A stretch of DNA of 64,000 bases from a virus (IMGVR_UViG_2687453538_000001:1-64000), one strand, 5' to 3'; counted from the stretch's first letter, positions 8,812-19,298 are shown. A program made the numbers and translations. The notes: generated from the sequence alone by a model not told the origin.

Positions 8812-9096
8812 TCAGCGACAGGAAGATACAGACGCCTCAAGCAAACGCTCGTACCCGATCCTCTGACGGCGCTCAGCCAGCAGCGCACGCACCTTCACTT
8901 CCAAGCTATCGGACTTACGCAGGCCGGCAGCCGCCCACAGCGGCACAGCCACTTCCGGCGCACGGCACGGTACCTGCACCGGAACCTCGACGCGCACGGT
9001 TCGCATTTCCGGCTCAATTTGCGCTGCGCAGCCGGTAAGCAGCAGAAAACCTGCGAGCACCCCCACCCCTCGCAGGAATCGCCTTGCAATGCTCAT
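8812..9096 (-). CDS. o-spanin (Rz1-like lipoprotein)
   Basis: LLTGC lipobox; follows i-spanin. Confidence 0.75.
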   Translation of the reverse strand: MSIARRFLRGVGVLAGFLLLTGCAAQIEPEMRTVRVEVPVQVPCRAPEVAVPLWAAAGLRKSDSLEVKVRALLAERRQRIGYERLLEASVSSCR

Positions 9097-9455
9097 AGTC
9101 CAAGCTCCTTGTCGATGATCGAGGAAGCGGCGGCACACTGATCGCCACCGGTGCGTTCCTGCTGCAGGCGGTTCGCCGCAGCGTAGTCGTCCTGTGCGCT
9201 GGCCTTGGCCTCACTCAACGCTTGCTCTGCCATGGCCTGGCGCTCCTTCGCGGCCAGGGTCAGGTCGCCGAGTGCCTTGCCCTGCTCCTGCGCCAGGCCG
9301 GCCAAGTTTTCGCGCGCGGCGGCGCACTGGGCGGCCTGGTCCTGCTGGTGGTCGAGCAATGGCCGGAAGTGGCTGGTGGTGGCCCAGGTGCCAATGGCCA
9401 TGCCCAGCAGGATCAGCAGGCCGGCGCCGGCGAGGCGAAGCAGCCAGGCGCTCAT
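9093..9455 (-). CDS. i-spanin (Rz-like)
   Basis: N-terminal TM plus coiled coil; directly after endolysin. Confidence 0.75.
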   Translation of the reverse strand: MSAWLLRLAGAGLLILLGMAIGTWATTSHFRPLLDHQQDQAAQCAAARENLAGLAQEQGKALGDLTLAAKERQAMAEQALSEAKASAQDDYAAANRLQQERTGGDQCAAASSIIDKELGL

Positions 9456-10099
9456 GCCAGCACCTTGACCGCGAGGTCATACAGCGCTTTCCGCTCAGCA
9501 GTGCCATGCGGAACGCGGCCTGGCTTGCCGGTGTTGATGATGCTGCCGATATCCTGAAAACGCCCGGTGTCTGCCAGTTCGTTCAGGCCGTGCTGTGACC
9601 ACCACCAGGCGGCGGAAGCGGCTGCGTGTTCGGGCTGCTCGAGCAGCTCAGGTTGTTCGAGCAGGGGCAGGCCCAGGGCCTGGCCAGCGGCGCGGTAGTT
9701 GTCGCGGCCGGTCAGCTGGATCAGGCCGCGCCCGCGGAATCGCCAGCCATCGCCGGACGACTCAGGACCGTTGCCCATCCGGCCGCCGTATACGGCATTG
9801 CCCAGGCGCTCAGGCTTTCCGCCCAGTTCGTCCGCCCGCGGCACAAGGGATCGCCAGCGGCTGCCAGCAGGAGATGCCTGTCCGACCTGGCGAATACGAT
9901 CGGCGCGGTAGTTCAGGCTCTCGACCAGGTTGCGCAGCTGTCCCGACTCATGGCCTACCTGGGCCAGGAATGCAGCCTGGCGGACTCGGCTGTCGATGCG
10001 CCAGCGCGCCATAGCCCGGTTCAGTGCAGGCACAAAAATTCCCGCGACTGGGCGGGCATTGGGGAGGATCTGCAGCAGCTGCTGCTCAGTGATCGGCAT
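9452..10099 (-). CDS. Glycoside hydrolase family 19 endolysin
   Basis: AAFLAQVGHESG, GDGWRFRGRGLIQLTGRDNY. Confidence 0.93.
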   Translation of the reverse strand: MPITEQQLLQILPNARPVAGIFVPALNRAMARWRIDSRVRQAAFLAQVGHESGQLRNLVESLNYRADRIRQVGQASPAGSRWRSLVPRADELGGKPERLGNAVYGGRMGNGPESSGDGWRFRGRGLIQLTGRDNYRAAGQALGLPLLEQPELLEQPEHAAASAAWWWSQHGLNELADTGRFQDIGSIINTGKPGRVPHGTAERKALYDLAVKVLA

Positions 10100-10160
10100 T
10101 CGGGTTTCTCCAGGCAAAAAAATACCGCCTCGTGGGCGGTCGGTGGGCACTTGTGGACGG

Positions 10161-10514
10161 TCAAACGGGTCTTACTGGACGGTGCTCTTGATCGGGGAAG
10201 AATTCGGCGCCTTCCACCCATCGGCGCAGGGCCTTGCGGTAGTCTTTCCAGGCTTCTTGAGTGGCAACAGCCATGTCGTCGCCGTCTTCGTGCATCAGTA
10301 GCTGATCGGCCACGACAGCCATTTCAGCGGCCACCCATACAGCCTCGCGCCCCATTTGTTCATCGCGGTGCTTCTTGCTCAACAAATCATCTACTTCAGC
10401 CTGAGTGAGCAGCACCAGCTGAGGCAGAATGGCCGAATCCTCGGTCTCGTCCTCATAGGCAAAGATCTGACCTGTTTCTGGCTCATTGAAATACCTCATC
10501 GCAGTTCTCTCCAC
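10161..10514 (-). CDS. Tail fibre assembly protein
   Basis: WKDYRKALRRW..FP..RPVRP C-terminal motif; follows fibre gene. Confidence 0.8.
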   Translation of the reverse strand: MERTAMRYFNEPETGQIFAYEDETEDSAILPQLVLLTQAEVDDLLSKKHRDEQMGREAVWVAAEMAVVADQLLMHEDGDDMAVATQEAWKDYRKALRRWVEGAEFFPDQEHRPVRPV

Positions 10515-11509
10515 TCGATTATTGCCGCCGATCCATTACCGATTGCTATGTTGTAGTAGCAGCCATGGGGGATCAAAATCTCAGGCATTTCTATATAGTT
10601 CCCAGCCGCAGCGGAGTATCCACCGCGAACCGTGATGGCATTGGAAGCCCCATCCGGCCCTAAAATATTGACGTAGACCGAAACGTTGGGGTTATTGGTG
10701 GGGCCGAATAGCCCTGCTATTTGAATAGGCCGGCCGGTTGCGTTTCGGTAGTTGATCCCAGTAGTACGATTGGGGGTCAAGTTATACCAAAGCTGCCCGT
10801 GTCCGAAGGGAGTGGTATCAACCCACTCTGCAGGCCAAGGGGTCGAGGCACCCGGCCTGGCGCGCTCAAAACTGCGAAAGGCAGAGCTTTCTACGGACAC
10901 AATCCTCTGATATTCAACATCAGAGCGCTTCCTGTAGGTCAACATACCGTACGCAACAGGGCTGTTAGACGGGGTGGCCACAAAGTAGTCCCCATTTGGA
11001 ACGGTCAGCGCATTGAGATTGGGTGATTGCAGGTACGGAACATCGCCACCCACGCCGTGATCTCCCACCTTCAGCGCACGGCCAACAGTTGTGTCGAGGT
11101 CACTGGTGGTCAGCGCCGCAAAGGCCGCCGTACCTAAGTCACTGAGAAAAGCTTCCCGCCCCCAGTCGGCCCATTGGCCATTGACCACGTTGTATCCCCG
11201 CCCCGCCCGGCGACCGCTGAACATGTCGAGAGCACTCTGAACCACATATCCGCCTATAGTCACGACGTAGATAAGGGGGAAGATCATAAGCGGCGGTCTG
11301 TTTGCAGCGGTGCCAGAAGCAGCGCTCCACCAACCTTCGGTCATTGCCTGATTGCAGTCATCGTTAGGGACTGGTCGGCCGATGGGGGCAGAAACCCCAA
11401 TAGTGTCCAAGAACTGCGAGTTGTTGTTGATCCTCGTGAACGCGGTGCGCGGGTCATCACCGTCCAGGGCCGAGGGCGGCGTGCCGAGATTTACCTGTTG
11501 AAGTGCCAT
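10496..11509 (-). CDS. Side tail fibre protein
   Basis: NLGTPP..GDDPRTAF N-terminus, GRALKVGDHG, knob-like repeats, C-terminal YRNATGRPI. Confidence 0.8.
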   Translation of the reverse strand: MALQQVNLGTPPSALDGDDPRTAFTRINNNSQFLDTIGVSAPIGRPVPNDDCNQAMTEGWWSAASGTAANRPPLMIFPLIYVVTIGGYVVQSALDMFSGRRAGRGYNVVNGQWADWGREAFLSDLGTAAFAALTTSDLDTTVGRALKVGDHGVGGDVPYLQSPNLNALTVPNGDYFVATPSNSPVAYGMLTYRKRSDVEYQRIVSVESSAFRSFERARPGASTPWPAEWVDTTPFGHGQLWYNLTPNRTTGINYRNATGRPIQIAGLFGPTNNPNVSVYVNILGPDGASNAITVRGGYSAAAGNYIEMPEILIPHGCYYNIAIGNGSAAIIEWRELR

Positions 11510-11520
11510 CGAAGCCTCAT

Positions 11521-12198
11521 TCAGTCGAAGTTGGTGACGTCCACGATCATCATCGTGGGGGCTGCCATTGGTGGAGAGTTCGGTGGTGGCGGAGTACCAC
11601 CGCCACCGGTGGGCCTTGAGGAAATGGGTAGTTCGCCCACGGTGCAAGAACTGGGGCCGACCGTGATCCCGTATGACATTTGCACCCAGTAGGGAACACC
11701 CGCCTGGGCAGCCCCAACCCCACGTTTAGGGAAATGACCAAGCCCAGCCGCAAAGCTTCTGGATGTGCTCGGCCACGGAACAGAAGTACCTGGGCCGGCA
11801 TTTCGGGAGATTCCGCTGACCCGTAGAAAGTTGCTGTCAGAGTCGAAAGTGAGAACGCCTGCCTCGCTGAAGAACTGCAACCCCGAGGTTGAATGCAAGA
11901 TTTCCTGATCAGCGAAGCCGTATATGCGTAGAGCTACTTGCGCCGAGACTTTAAACCTCCAGGTGGTTCCAACCTTCGACCAGAGGGCAACAAAAACAGG
12001 GGTGTCAGAAGAAAAAAACAAGCTTCTGACATTGCTTGGAACTGCAATATCAAAGTAATACCCAACGGACACAAACGGCCCGGTATTTGCTGTAAAGGGT
12101 CCAGCATATGACGTTCGAAACGCGAGAGTCGCAACTCGGACCTCCGCGTCTATTTGGAAAACGCCGTCATCAAACCAGATGGTTCCACCTGCTGGCAT
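11521..12198 (-). CDS. Tail tip accessory protein
   Basis: GLQFFSEAGVLTFDS repeat type; downstream of J. Confidence 0.65.
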   Translation of the reverse strand: MPAGGTIWFDDGVFQIDAEVRVATLAFRTSYAGPFTANTGPFVSVGYYFDIAVPSNVRSLFFSSDTPVFVALWSKVGTTWRFKVSAQVALRIYGFADQEILHSTSGLQFFSEAGVLTFDSDSNFLRVSGISRNAGPGTSVPWPSTSRSFAAGLGHFPKRGVGAAQAGVPYWVQMSYGITVGPSSCTVGELPISSRPTGGGGTPPPPNSPPMAAPTMMIVDVTNFD

Positions 12199-12518
12199 CA
12201 GTAAGTTCCCACTGAGATACTGACGTTTCTTCTCGGCACTGGCTGGCCAGTCAGTGGGTTATTGAAGTCCACGTATGCCCACGACAAGATGGCACCCGAT
12301 ATCGAAACGTTTGGATAGGCATATGGATTGGCAAGTGTCAGATCAGCTGAGTCGTCCTCCACGAAGAAAAATGGTTCACCTCCGGCCGCTAGGGAAGGAA
12401 CTGAAATTGACCCATTTGCGCCACCTGTTGAAAAAGTTGCGGTGATGCGGCCGATGCGAGTTGTCGCATCCAGCCGCAAGTTCCCAGCAGCGTCCCAAGT
12501 CTGCAAACCTATAGGCAT
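12198..12518 (-). CDS. Tail tip accessory protein
   Basis: MPIGLQTWDAAGNLRLD; downstream of J. Confidence 0.65.
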   Translation of the reverse strand: MPIGLQTWDAAGNLRLDATTRIGRITATFSTGGANGSISVPSLAAGGEPFFFVEDDSADLTLANPYAYPNVSISGAILSWAYVDFNNPLTGQPVPRRNVSISVGTY

Positions 12519-12519
12519 A

Positions 12520-15500
12520 TCACCCCCAGATACCGAGTCTCATCCGCATACGCGCCGTGTCGTACACCGTCAGCAGCTGATGAGTGATGTTCATCCGTCC
12601 GAGCCCAGGACGAATCCCGTTGATCTCAAACTCGTTCGTGACGAAGTTGATCCTCATTCCTTGCTGGCCAGGAATGTAATTCGCACTCTTGAGCTCGCCA
12701 GTGATGATCAGGTTGATGATGTCGGCTTGGTTGATGATCGCGCTGTTCATGAACACCTGGCCGTTGTTGATCGCGAAGACTGACTTCGGCGTGCCTCCTG
12801 GCTGGTGCATGACGGAGAACAGGTTGGCCAGGAAGACGATCATCGATTGCATTCCCTCCGGGGTGTTCTCGACCGAAACGCCCATCCCCGCGCCGTAGTA
12901 GACGCCGTTCACGTCAACGCCAACCTTGATGTTGCGCGTCGCGCGAATGTCGCCATCCAGTTCAACCAGGGCCTCGGCGTTATCCTCTACCATCGCCTTG
13001 GTGTCGCCCACCTGTGCAGTCAGGGTCTCGTTGTCACGCGCCAGCGCGGACACGTCGTCTGTGAGCGTCTCCACAGTCCGAACTACTCGCGCCAAGTTGC
13101 CGCCGACCTGAGCCTTGACCTCGTCGACCTGCTTGGCGATCGCCATGTCTGCCTGCGCGAACGCCGAGTAGATCGACCAAGACCCAGCGTGGGAGCCGGT
13201 TTCGCCTGCGCGCCAGCCCTCGGTCGCGCCTGCCATCTTGGGCGAGACAGCCGCCTCTACGCCGAGAATTCGGCTCGCCATGGCGGTGAGCTCGCCATTG
13301 ATCTCCTCTACGCTGGTCTCGACGCCGTCCACGCGCACAGCAAGTGCCGTGACCATTTCCCCGAGAGACGCGTAGTCGCCTAGGTACTCCCAGAATCCGG
13401 CGTCGCCCACTGGGGTACCTGCTGGAACATCAACCTTCGCCCGGTACAGCTTGCCGTCGTGCTTGACCAAGGTTCCGGCCAGGTATGGCTGGTCTGGCTT
13501 CCACTCTTCAGCGCCAGCAAGATCAGCCAACTGGGCCGACAGTGAATCAATCTGGCTCTGCAGCGCCTTGTCACCCGCCTTGAATCGCTCGTTGACCGAC
13601 CCGGGGCCGTCGCCGCTGATTTTCCCGATTTCACTGAGCAACTGCTGGCCGAGGTGGCTTTCGGTGATCTTCCCGTCCAGGTACTCGAGCACAGCCGACG
13701 AGTCGGCGCTCGACTGGCCATAGACCCAATCCGACCACGGACCGATGTTGCCGGTACGGTCTACCAGACGACCTCGGAAGTAACGCACCACCGCCGCCGC
13801 CATGCCCGAGTGCAGGTAGGTCGGAGTCGGATAAGCGAACTGCCCTAATGGAAGCGGGTTCTGTCCGGTGGGCTCAGATGCCATCTGGATCTCGGTGTAA
13901 GCCGTGTCATCAGCACCAGGCTGGAATCCCCAGTTCAGCCGAATCGCAAATATCTCAGACGTTGTATTCAAGAACGCCAAGGCAGGAGGCGCACCTTCTT
14001 TTCCTTTCAACTCGGTCAACATCGAGTCGCGCCAAGGCGATGTGATGTCGAACGCGCTCACCGCCCGAGCACGCGCAAGGTAGGCGCCAGCGTAGATGCC
14101 CGTCACGTCCACTGACGTGGTGCCCACTCGCTGCAGGCGAATCCAGTTGCCGTTGTTCCTGCGCCACTCCACGTCGTATGCGACCGCGCCCTCCACTGCC
14201 GGCCAGGCAATCGTCATCGTGCTGACGGCAATGCCCTGGTCGACGGCATATCCCGAGGTCAGGGTTACGCTCGCCAGCGGCGGCACCGTCGTAACCGGGA
14301 TGACGCTGATCGGCCGCTCCTCAAGCTTGGCGCCAGTGTCGATCGCCGCGAATTTGCTGGGGTTGAACTCCAGCGCGGTGAACTCGTACTCGCCCTCAGT
14401 GGTGCGCACGCGCTTGAGCACACGGAACAGCTGGACGGCCAGGTCTTCGTAGTCGATCGCCCACTGCAGCTCAGGCTCTGGCTGCAAGCCATAGGCAGTC
14501 GTCACAGTCACTGCGCGACCGCTCACCGACTGCACGGTCCTGCCTTGGGCGGTGCCATTGGGCAGGTTAATGATCAAGCGGTCACCGGCCTTGATCGGCG
14601 TGTCCCGATCCAAGGTCACGACGCGGCCTGCGGCGGCAGAGATGCGGCCACCGTTCGGGCGCCCGGCGACGAGCTCATCAGCAACCGGGATGACGAAGCC
14701 AGGCAGCACGTTTGCGCCTTCCATCCCTGTCTTGAACGAGACCGTGCGATCCTGGTTGTTGCTCAGCAGCGCCCACTTGCCGCGGCGCTGGGCCTCGCTG
14801 GCCCGCGTGCAGCCAATGGCGGAGATTCCAACGGGGCGATCCCGGTACCGGCGCTGCAGTGCAATGTCGGTGACCGGTATTACGTCCGTGTCGTAGTTGT
14901 TCGCCGGGTTGTCGTAGCTCACCAGGGCGCGGCTGTAGTGCGTGTCGCGGCCCGCGCCGCCGTAAACGAAGTCGCCGTCGATCACGTTCGACCGAGTGAA
15001 GACGTAGTCAATGTCCTGCGCGCGAGGCATGTCGGCCTGCATGTACAGCGAGCCCTGCGCCCAATAGACCATCCCCCGATAGATCGCCGAGAGGTCGCGT
15101 AGCAGCGTCCAGGCCTCTGCCTTCCCCTGTAGGTTCAGGTCGCACAGGTAGCGCGGCTCCTGGCCGCCCAAGCCGTCCGGCACCAGCTGGTCGCAGTACT
15201 GGGCGATGCGGTACATCTCCCACTTGTCGACCATCCATGGCTGGATTCGCTTGCCCAGGCCGAAGCGGTCATTCACGCACAGGCCGTAGGTGGCCCACAC
15301 CGGGTTGTTGGTCCAGGCCTGCTTGAAAGTGCCGTCCCAGATGCCCGTGTAGGTGCGGGTCTCCGGATCGTAATTGCTCGGTACCGGCCAGCGCTGCGCC
15401 TTGCAGTTGACCGTCACAGCTGGGATGTTCTGGAACTGCTCGGCGTTGAACTCGATGTACAGCAGCGCGGTATTCGGGTAGCGCAGCTTCTGGTCGATAA

Positions 15501-16149
15501 TCTCGGTGTAGCCAGCGATCACCATCTGGTCGGCAATCGTGCCGCTGTTGGCGTTGGGCGTGATGCGGCGAACACGGAAGGCCCAGCCGGAGGTGGCTGG
15601 AGGCAGGTTCACAGATTCGGACCGCTGGTAGCCGTTGGTGGTCTTGCCGTCCACGGCTGAACGCAGGGATTCCACGAACGCCCCACCGTCGGTGGAAACA
15701 TCGATGGCGTACTCGATCCGGTAGCCATTTGTGTTGCCGCTGCTGTCTTGGCTGACCAGGCGCTGCCATGAGAACCGGACACGAACCCGCGAGAGCTGCA
15801 GGTTACTCAGCGTGCGCGTGAAGGGCGTGTCGCTGCGGAGCTCGACGTTCACCGTCGTCTCGTTCTCGATCGCTGGAATACCCTGGATGTAGTCCTGCTC
15901 GATCGAGCCTGGGCGCCACTCCCACTTCACGCCGGGGAAATTCACGTTGCCGCTGGCATCCATGATCGGCGTGTTGTCGAGGTAGATATCACGATCGGTC
16001 GGCATGCCGTCGAACTCACCCTCACCCACTGCTAGCAGGATCTTGGCGATGTTCGTCGATCGCAGGCTGTCCGGTGCTTCGACCGGGTTCTTCGGCTTCT
16101 TCTCGCCGCCCTTGCCGCCTGTGACTTCTGGCAGGAGTGCTACGCCCAT
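12520..16149 (-). CDS. Central tail fibre / host specificity protein J
   Basis: 1209 aa; GEGE, LRYPNTAL, WTNNP, FN3-like repeats, DUF1983-like C-terminus. Confidence 0.93.
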   Translation of the reverse strand: MGVALLPEVTGGKGGEKKPKNPVEAPDSLRSTNIAKILLAVGEGEFDGMPTDRDIYLDNTPIMDASGNVNFPGVKWEWRPGSIEQDYIQGIPAIENETTVNVELRSDTPFTRTLSNLQLSRVRVRFSWQRLVSQDSSGNTNGYRIEYAIDVSTDGGAFVESLRSAVDGKTTNGYQRSESVNLPPATSGWAFRVRRITPNANSGTIADQMVIAGYTEIIDQKLRYPNTALLYIEFNAEQFQNIPAVTVNCKAQRWPVPSNYDPETRTYTGIWDGTFKQAWTNNPVWATYGLCVNDRFGLGKRIQPWMVDKWEMYRIAQYCDQLVPDGLGGQEPRYLCDLNLQGKAEAWTLLRDLSAIYRGMVYWAQGSLYMQADMPRAQDIDYVFTRSNVIDGDFVYGGAGRDTHYSRALVSYDNPANNYDTDVIPVTDIALQRRYRDRPVGISAIGCTRASEAQRRGKWALLSNNQDRTVSFKTGMEGANVLPGFVIPVADELVAGRPNGGRISAAAGRVVTLDRDTPIKAGDRLIINLPNGTAQGRTVQSVSGRAVTVTTAYGLQPEPELQWAIDYEDLAVQLFRVLKRVRTTEGEYEFTALEFNPSKFAAIDTGAKLEERPISVIPVTTVPPLASVTLTSGYAVDQGIAVSTMTIAWPAVEGAVAYDVEWRRNNGNWIRLQRVGTTSVDVTGIYAGAYLARARAVSAFDITSPWRDSMLTELKGKEGAPPALAFLNTTSEIFAIRLNWGFQPGADDTAYTEIQMASEPTGQNPLPLGQFAYPTPTYLHSGMAAAVVRYFRGRLVDRTGNIGPWSDWVYGQSSADSSAVLEYLDGKITESHLGQQLLSEIGKISGDGPGSVNERFKAGDKALQSQIDSLSAQLADLAGAEEWKPDQPYLAGTLVKHDGKLYRAKVDVPAGTPVGDAGFWEYLGDYASLGEMVTALAVRVDGVETSVEEINGELTAMASRILGVEAAVSPKMAGATEGWRAGETGSHAGSWSIYSAFAQADMAIAKQVDEVKAQVGGNLARVVRTVETLTDDVSALARDNETLTAQVGDTKAMVEDNAEALVELDGDIRATRNIKVGVDVNGVYYGAGMGVSVENTPEGMQSMIVFLANLFSVMHQPGGTPKSVFAINNGQVFMNSAIINQADIINLIITGELKSANYIPGQQGMRINFVTNEFEINGIRPGLGRMNITHQLLTVYDTARMRMRLGIWG

Positions 16150-16205
16150 GCTTTCCTCCGGGCAATAAAAAACCGCCCGTAGGCGGTTGGTGGCATTTCG
16201 GGTGA

Positions 16206-16826
16206 CTACGCTTTGTCCTCGGCGTAGACCGATGCGGATATGATCGCCCCGCCCCAGCGGCGTTTCCCGATGCAGATCGGTACCGGGTTACCGCTGGCCG
16301 TGGTGTTCTTGGCAGCCCCGAAAGCGTACGACGGAAGGTTCTCGGGTGCGCCGCTCATGGATAGACCTTTGGCCTGGGGGCTGAGCATCTGTATCACCCC
16401 GCCAACCGCCATCGAGACGCCTATTGCTCCCGTAATGCCCCAGGTGCCACCAGCGCCAATTGCACCGAGGCCAGCCGGAGCAAAGATCGCCACCGCCGCT
16501 ATAAGCGCGATGCCAACTACAGTTTGAAGCAGTCCGCCACGCTTGCTACCACCAACCACTGGCACGAGCCGCAGTTCGCGAACTCCGCCACGATCAAAAT
16601 CATTGGTTCCAACGTTTTTTCGGTTCCTGAAAACCGCAAAACGCAGCCCCATTTCATCCAGGCGGCGGATCTCCTCTTCGAAGCCCGTCAGCGTAGCCTT
16701 CAAGGCTCTGAAGGCCTCCCAAGTGTCGCCACTCTCCAGCTGGCGCCGGTGGGTGCGACCAAATCTCTTAGCAAGTGAACCGGACAGTTTTATGGTGGTC
16801 ATGGGGGCGTACTGGATTACGCTCAT
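16206..16826 (-). CDS. Tail assembly protein I
   Basis: LSGSLAKRFGR..PSYAF..GNPVPICIG..GAIISA. Confidence 0.92.
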   Translation of the reverse strand: MSVIQYAPMTTIKLSGSLAKRFGRTHRRQLESGDTWEAFRALKATLTGFEEEIRRLDEMGLRFAVFRNRKNVGTNDFDRGGVRELRLVPVVGGSKRGGLLQTVVGIALIAAVAIFAPAGLGAIGAGGTWGITGAIGVSMAVGGVIQMLSPQAKGLSMSGAPENLPSYAFGAAKNTTASGNPVPICIGKRRWGGAIISASVYAEDKA

Positions 16827-16930
16827 GCTTTCTCCAAAAGAAACTTTAGATACAAAAAAACCGCCGAAACGGATTCAAAACCTGATTGGGTATCCCTACA
16901 CCAGATATTCGGCGCCTTACGATCCAACTT

Positions 16931-17107
16931 TTAATTTGACCCCTCGCAACCTACCCTCAGCCGTTCCATAGCATCTGGCGCCATCGGCGCGGTCATCATG
17001 GAGCGGTAGGTCATACACTCTTGGGTCTCTTGATGCTGTCTTTCCGGCTTGGCTGATGAGCAGCCCGCCATGAAAGCAAAGGCGGCAATTACGATCAGTG
17101 ACTTCAT
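16931..17107 (-). CDS. Small lipoprotein moron
   Basis: GGAGG RBS; MKSLIVIAAFAFMAG-C lipobox. Confidence 0.7.
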   Translation of the reverse strand: MKSLIVIAAFAFMAGCSSAKPERQHQETQECMTYRSMMTAPMAPDAMERLRVGCEGSN

Positions 17108-17244
17108 AGGCCCTCCATTTGAAGGCCTACTGTATCGAGCGACCTGACCAGACTGCAAAGACCGAGGCGACAAACGCCAGCATGAAGCGCTGCGGCCAGG
17201 TCTATCCTTTCCTCTCTTGAACCACTCCCTCAAAGGGTGCGCGG

Positions 17245-17436
17245 ATGCTCGAGAAAGAGAGGCAGAGATTTGCCGAGGCGCTGGCGCATTGGGCGGAGGA
17301 TGTCGCTTTGATCCGCGCCCGGGAGCGCGCCGAGGCTATAGCGCAGGCTGAGGACCAGGCAAAGGTGAGGCTTGCAGATGCCTTCCATATCAGCGACCTG
17401 TCGAAGCATCACGGGGCGAAGCTGCGGCAAAAATGA
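17245..17436 (+). CDS. Small hypothetical protein
   Basis: 63-aa ORF followed by a hairpin at ~17457-17480. Confidence 0.35.
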   Translation: MLEKERQRFAEALAHWAEDVALIRARERAEAIAQAEDQAKVRLADAFHISDLSKHHGAKLRQK

Positions 17437-17519
17437 TGATTAGGACCAGATGCAAGAAGCCCGGCGCGCGGCTGGGCTTGCGATGCATTGACCAGAAGTC
17501 ACTGCAAGCTGAACCACTT

Positions 17520-18500
17520 CTATCGCGATTTTATATTGAACCCTCCACCCAATGGGCCAATTTCTAAGTCCACATACTCCGCACCAGATCCAGCAGAATT
17601 CGTATTCAAAGCCAGAAATCGATACTCCCTTTGGTACGCATACTTAAAATCTTTCGACATAGCATGCGAATAATATTGGTTCTTCACACCTTCATAGGGA
17701 TCAAAATACTCTACTGGATTATGATGAAATAAATACCCAGGCATCGCGCGCGCTAGCGCCACTTCTAGCTTCAGCGCAAAGCCATCAACATCTTCTACAA
17801 TACCACAATGTTCGACATTGAAATCATCGAACAATCCTACATCCCAATCGCACGACATGCACAAAAGGAAGTACTCTGGACCACTATGACTTATCCGTAC
17901 GTCGCCAACCGTAGGTATTCTCAAACCATCCATATTTGTGATAATTGTCTTTGGGCCGTTAAGAAACCTATCCTTCACCATCTCATGATCTTGACGGGCA
18001 ACATCCGTCTCAAGCTTTGCATAAAAGTCAGCGTGCCACATCCGCAACCCACCGACTTCACTCAATTTATCTAGCCATTTCAAGTTTCCGTATCGGTACA
18101 GTACATCACCGGCATTTGGATGCCTTGGGCGCACAGGGACATCCCCCGTTCCAGATTTTGGTTGGTAGCCAGAGCTTAGTGGTGCGGATATACCTCGCAT
18201 GGCCATTTCAAGCCTTGTTTGGTGTTCTTTTCTATACCAATACCAAGAACTCAAGAACGAGAGGCATGGAATCACGTCGCGATCGGGAGATGCAAGACAC
18301 TCAAGATTCTTAACGATTTCAGCGTGCCTTTTCTCTAAGGCCCTGCTATCCAATTCGCTTAAATATCTATAACTTATATATTCAAATTCCCAAAAATCCG
18401 CATCATAGTTAGCCCTGGATTGCCCGAAAGATTTTATAGCACCTTCCGCTGGATATGCTCTAGGTAAGTTCAGCGATTGAATTTGAATTTTTTTCTGCAC
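17520..18500 (-). CDS. AT-rich hypothetical moron (DUF2971-like C-terminal motif)
   Basis: 326 aa; LLCMS..SKDFKYAYQREYRF; lower GC than tail genes. Confidence 0.75.
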   Translation of the reverse strand: MQKKIQIQSLNLPRAYPAEGAIKSFGQSRANYDADFWEFEYISYRYLSELDSRALEKRHAEIVKNLECLASPDRDVIPCLSFLSSWYWYRKEHQTRLEMAMRGISAPLSSGYQPKSGTGDVPVRPRHPNAGDVLYRYGNLKWLDKLSEVGGLRMWHADFYAKLETDVARQDHEMVKDRFLNGPKTIITNMDGLRIPTVGDVRISHSGPEYFLLCMSCDWDVGLFDDFNVEHCGIVEDVDGFALKLEVALARAMPGYLFHHNPVEYFDPYEGVKNQYYSHAMSKDFKYAYQREYRFLALNTNSAGSGAEYVDLEIGPLGGGFNIKSR

Positions 18501-18634
18501 GAACAGCTCCCTGCCTTGGCACTATTGGTATGTTAAATTAATCAAGATATCATAATGCAAGCCTATCGCTGGTCAAGCTTTCACGCATCACTGTCTACCC
18601 ATTCACCCTGGACGGAAAGACAGTGGAGCGCTGT

Positions 18635-19120
18635 CTACATTCTACGATCGGGACTCGATGCTTCTTGCATTCGATGGAGAAGATCCTCATATCGTTTTGT
18701 CGAAACACCCTGATTGCGCGCCAGCTTTTCGAGACTCGGCTCAATATACCGAAGATAGAGCCGACATTTCTTCTCATTGAATGTGTCCACGGTGGCATGG
18801 ACATCCTCTGCTAGGGCAGCCGAATCTCGAAGGCAAAGTGCAAAGTGCTCCCGTTGACCCATCAGGAAGTCCAACAGAGCAGCAACCTCAGGCAATCCGG
18901 CAGGGAATCGATGGCTCACATCCCTGATCAGGGATTCGTTTTCCCTATTGAGCTTGTGCCATTCCGATCTGGCTTGCTCCGACTTGGTTACTACGCTCTG
19001 CCGCAGGGTAAAGAGCTCAGTCATCTTTGTCCTTCTGAGCGCCCACCAAGCTACAAACAGGCTCAATAGCGCGATCAGCAGCGTGATCGCGTCGACCAGT
19101 GAAACCTTCCCTATTTCCAT
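18635..19120 (-). CDS. Membrane-anchored hypothetical moron
   Basis: N-terminal TM followed by helical domain. Confidence 0.65.
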   Translation of the reverse strand: MEIGKVSLVDAITLLIALLSLFVAWWALRRTKMTELFTLRQSVVTKSEQARSEWHKLNRENESLIRDVSHRFPAGLPEVAALLDFLMGQREHFALCLRDSAALAEDVHATVDTFNEKKCRLYLRYIEPSLEKLARNQGVSTKRYEDLLHRMQEASSPDRRM

Positions 19121-19298
19121 CCGCCTGATCCTAAAGAGAAAGATCTAGGATAGCCGAACTACCCTGAATCGTCTGAGCTGGATGGAATGCCAGTACGCGG
19201 CCTGAACGCTGGCGTAGTAGCGTTGTGCCTTCCAACGAACCGCCCCTGGCCATAGCCGGAAAGCCCATGGACTGGGGCATGATGACCTAGGGGGTCAG

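Noticed and set aside
10161-12518. Invertible tail-fibre cassette
   Set aside because: No invertase, inverted repeats or opposed fibre fragments were seen.
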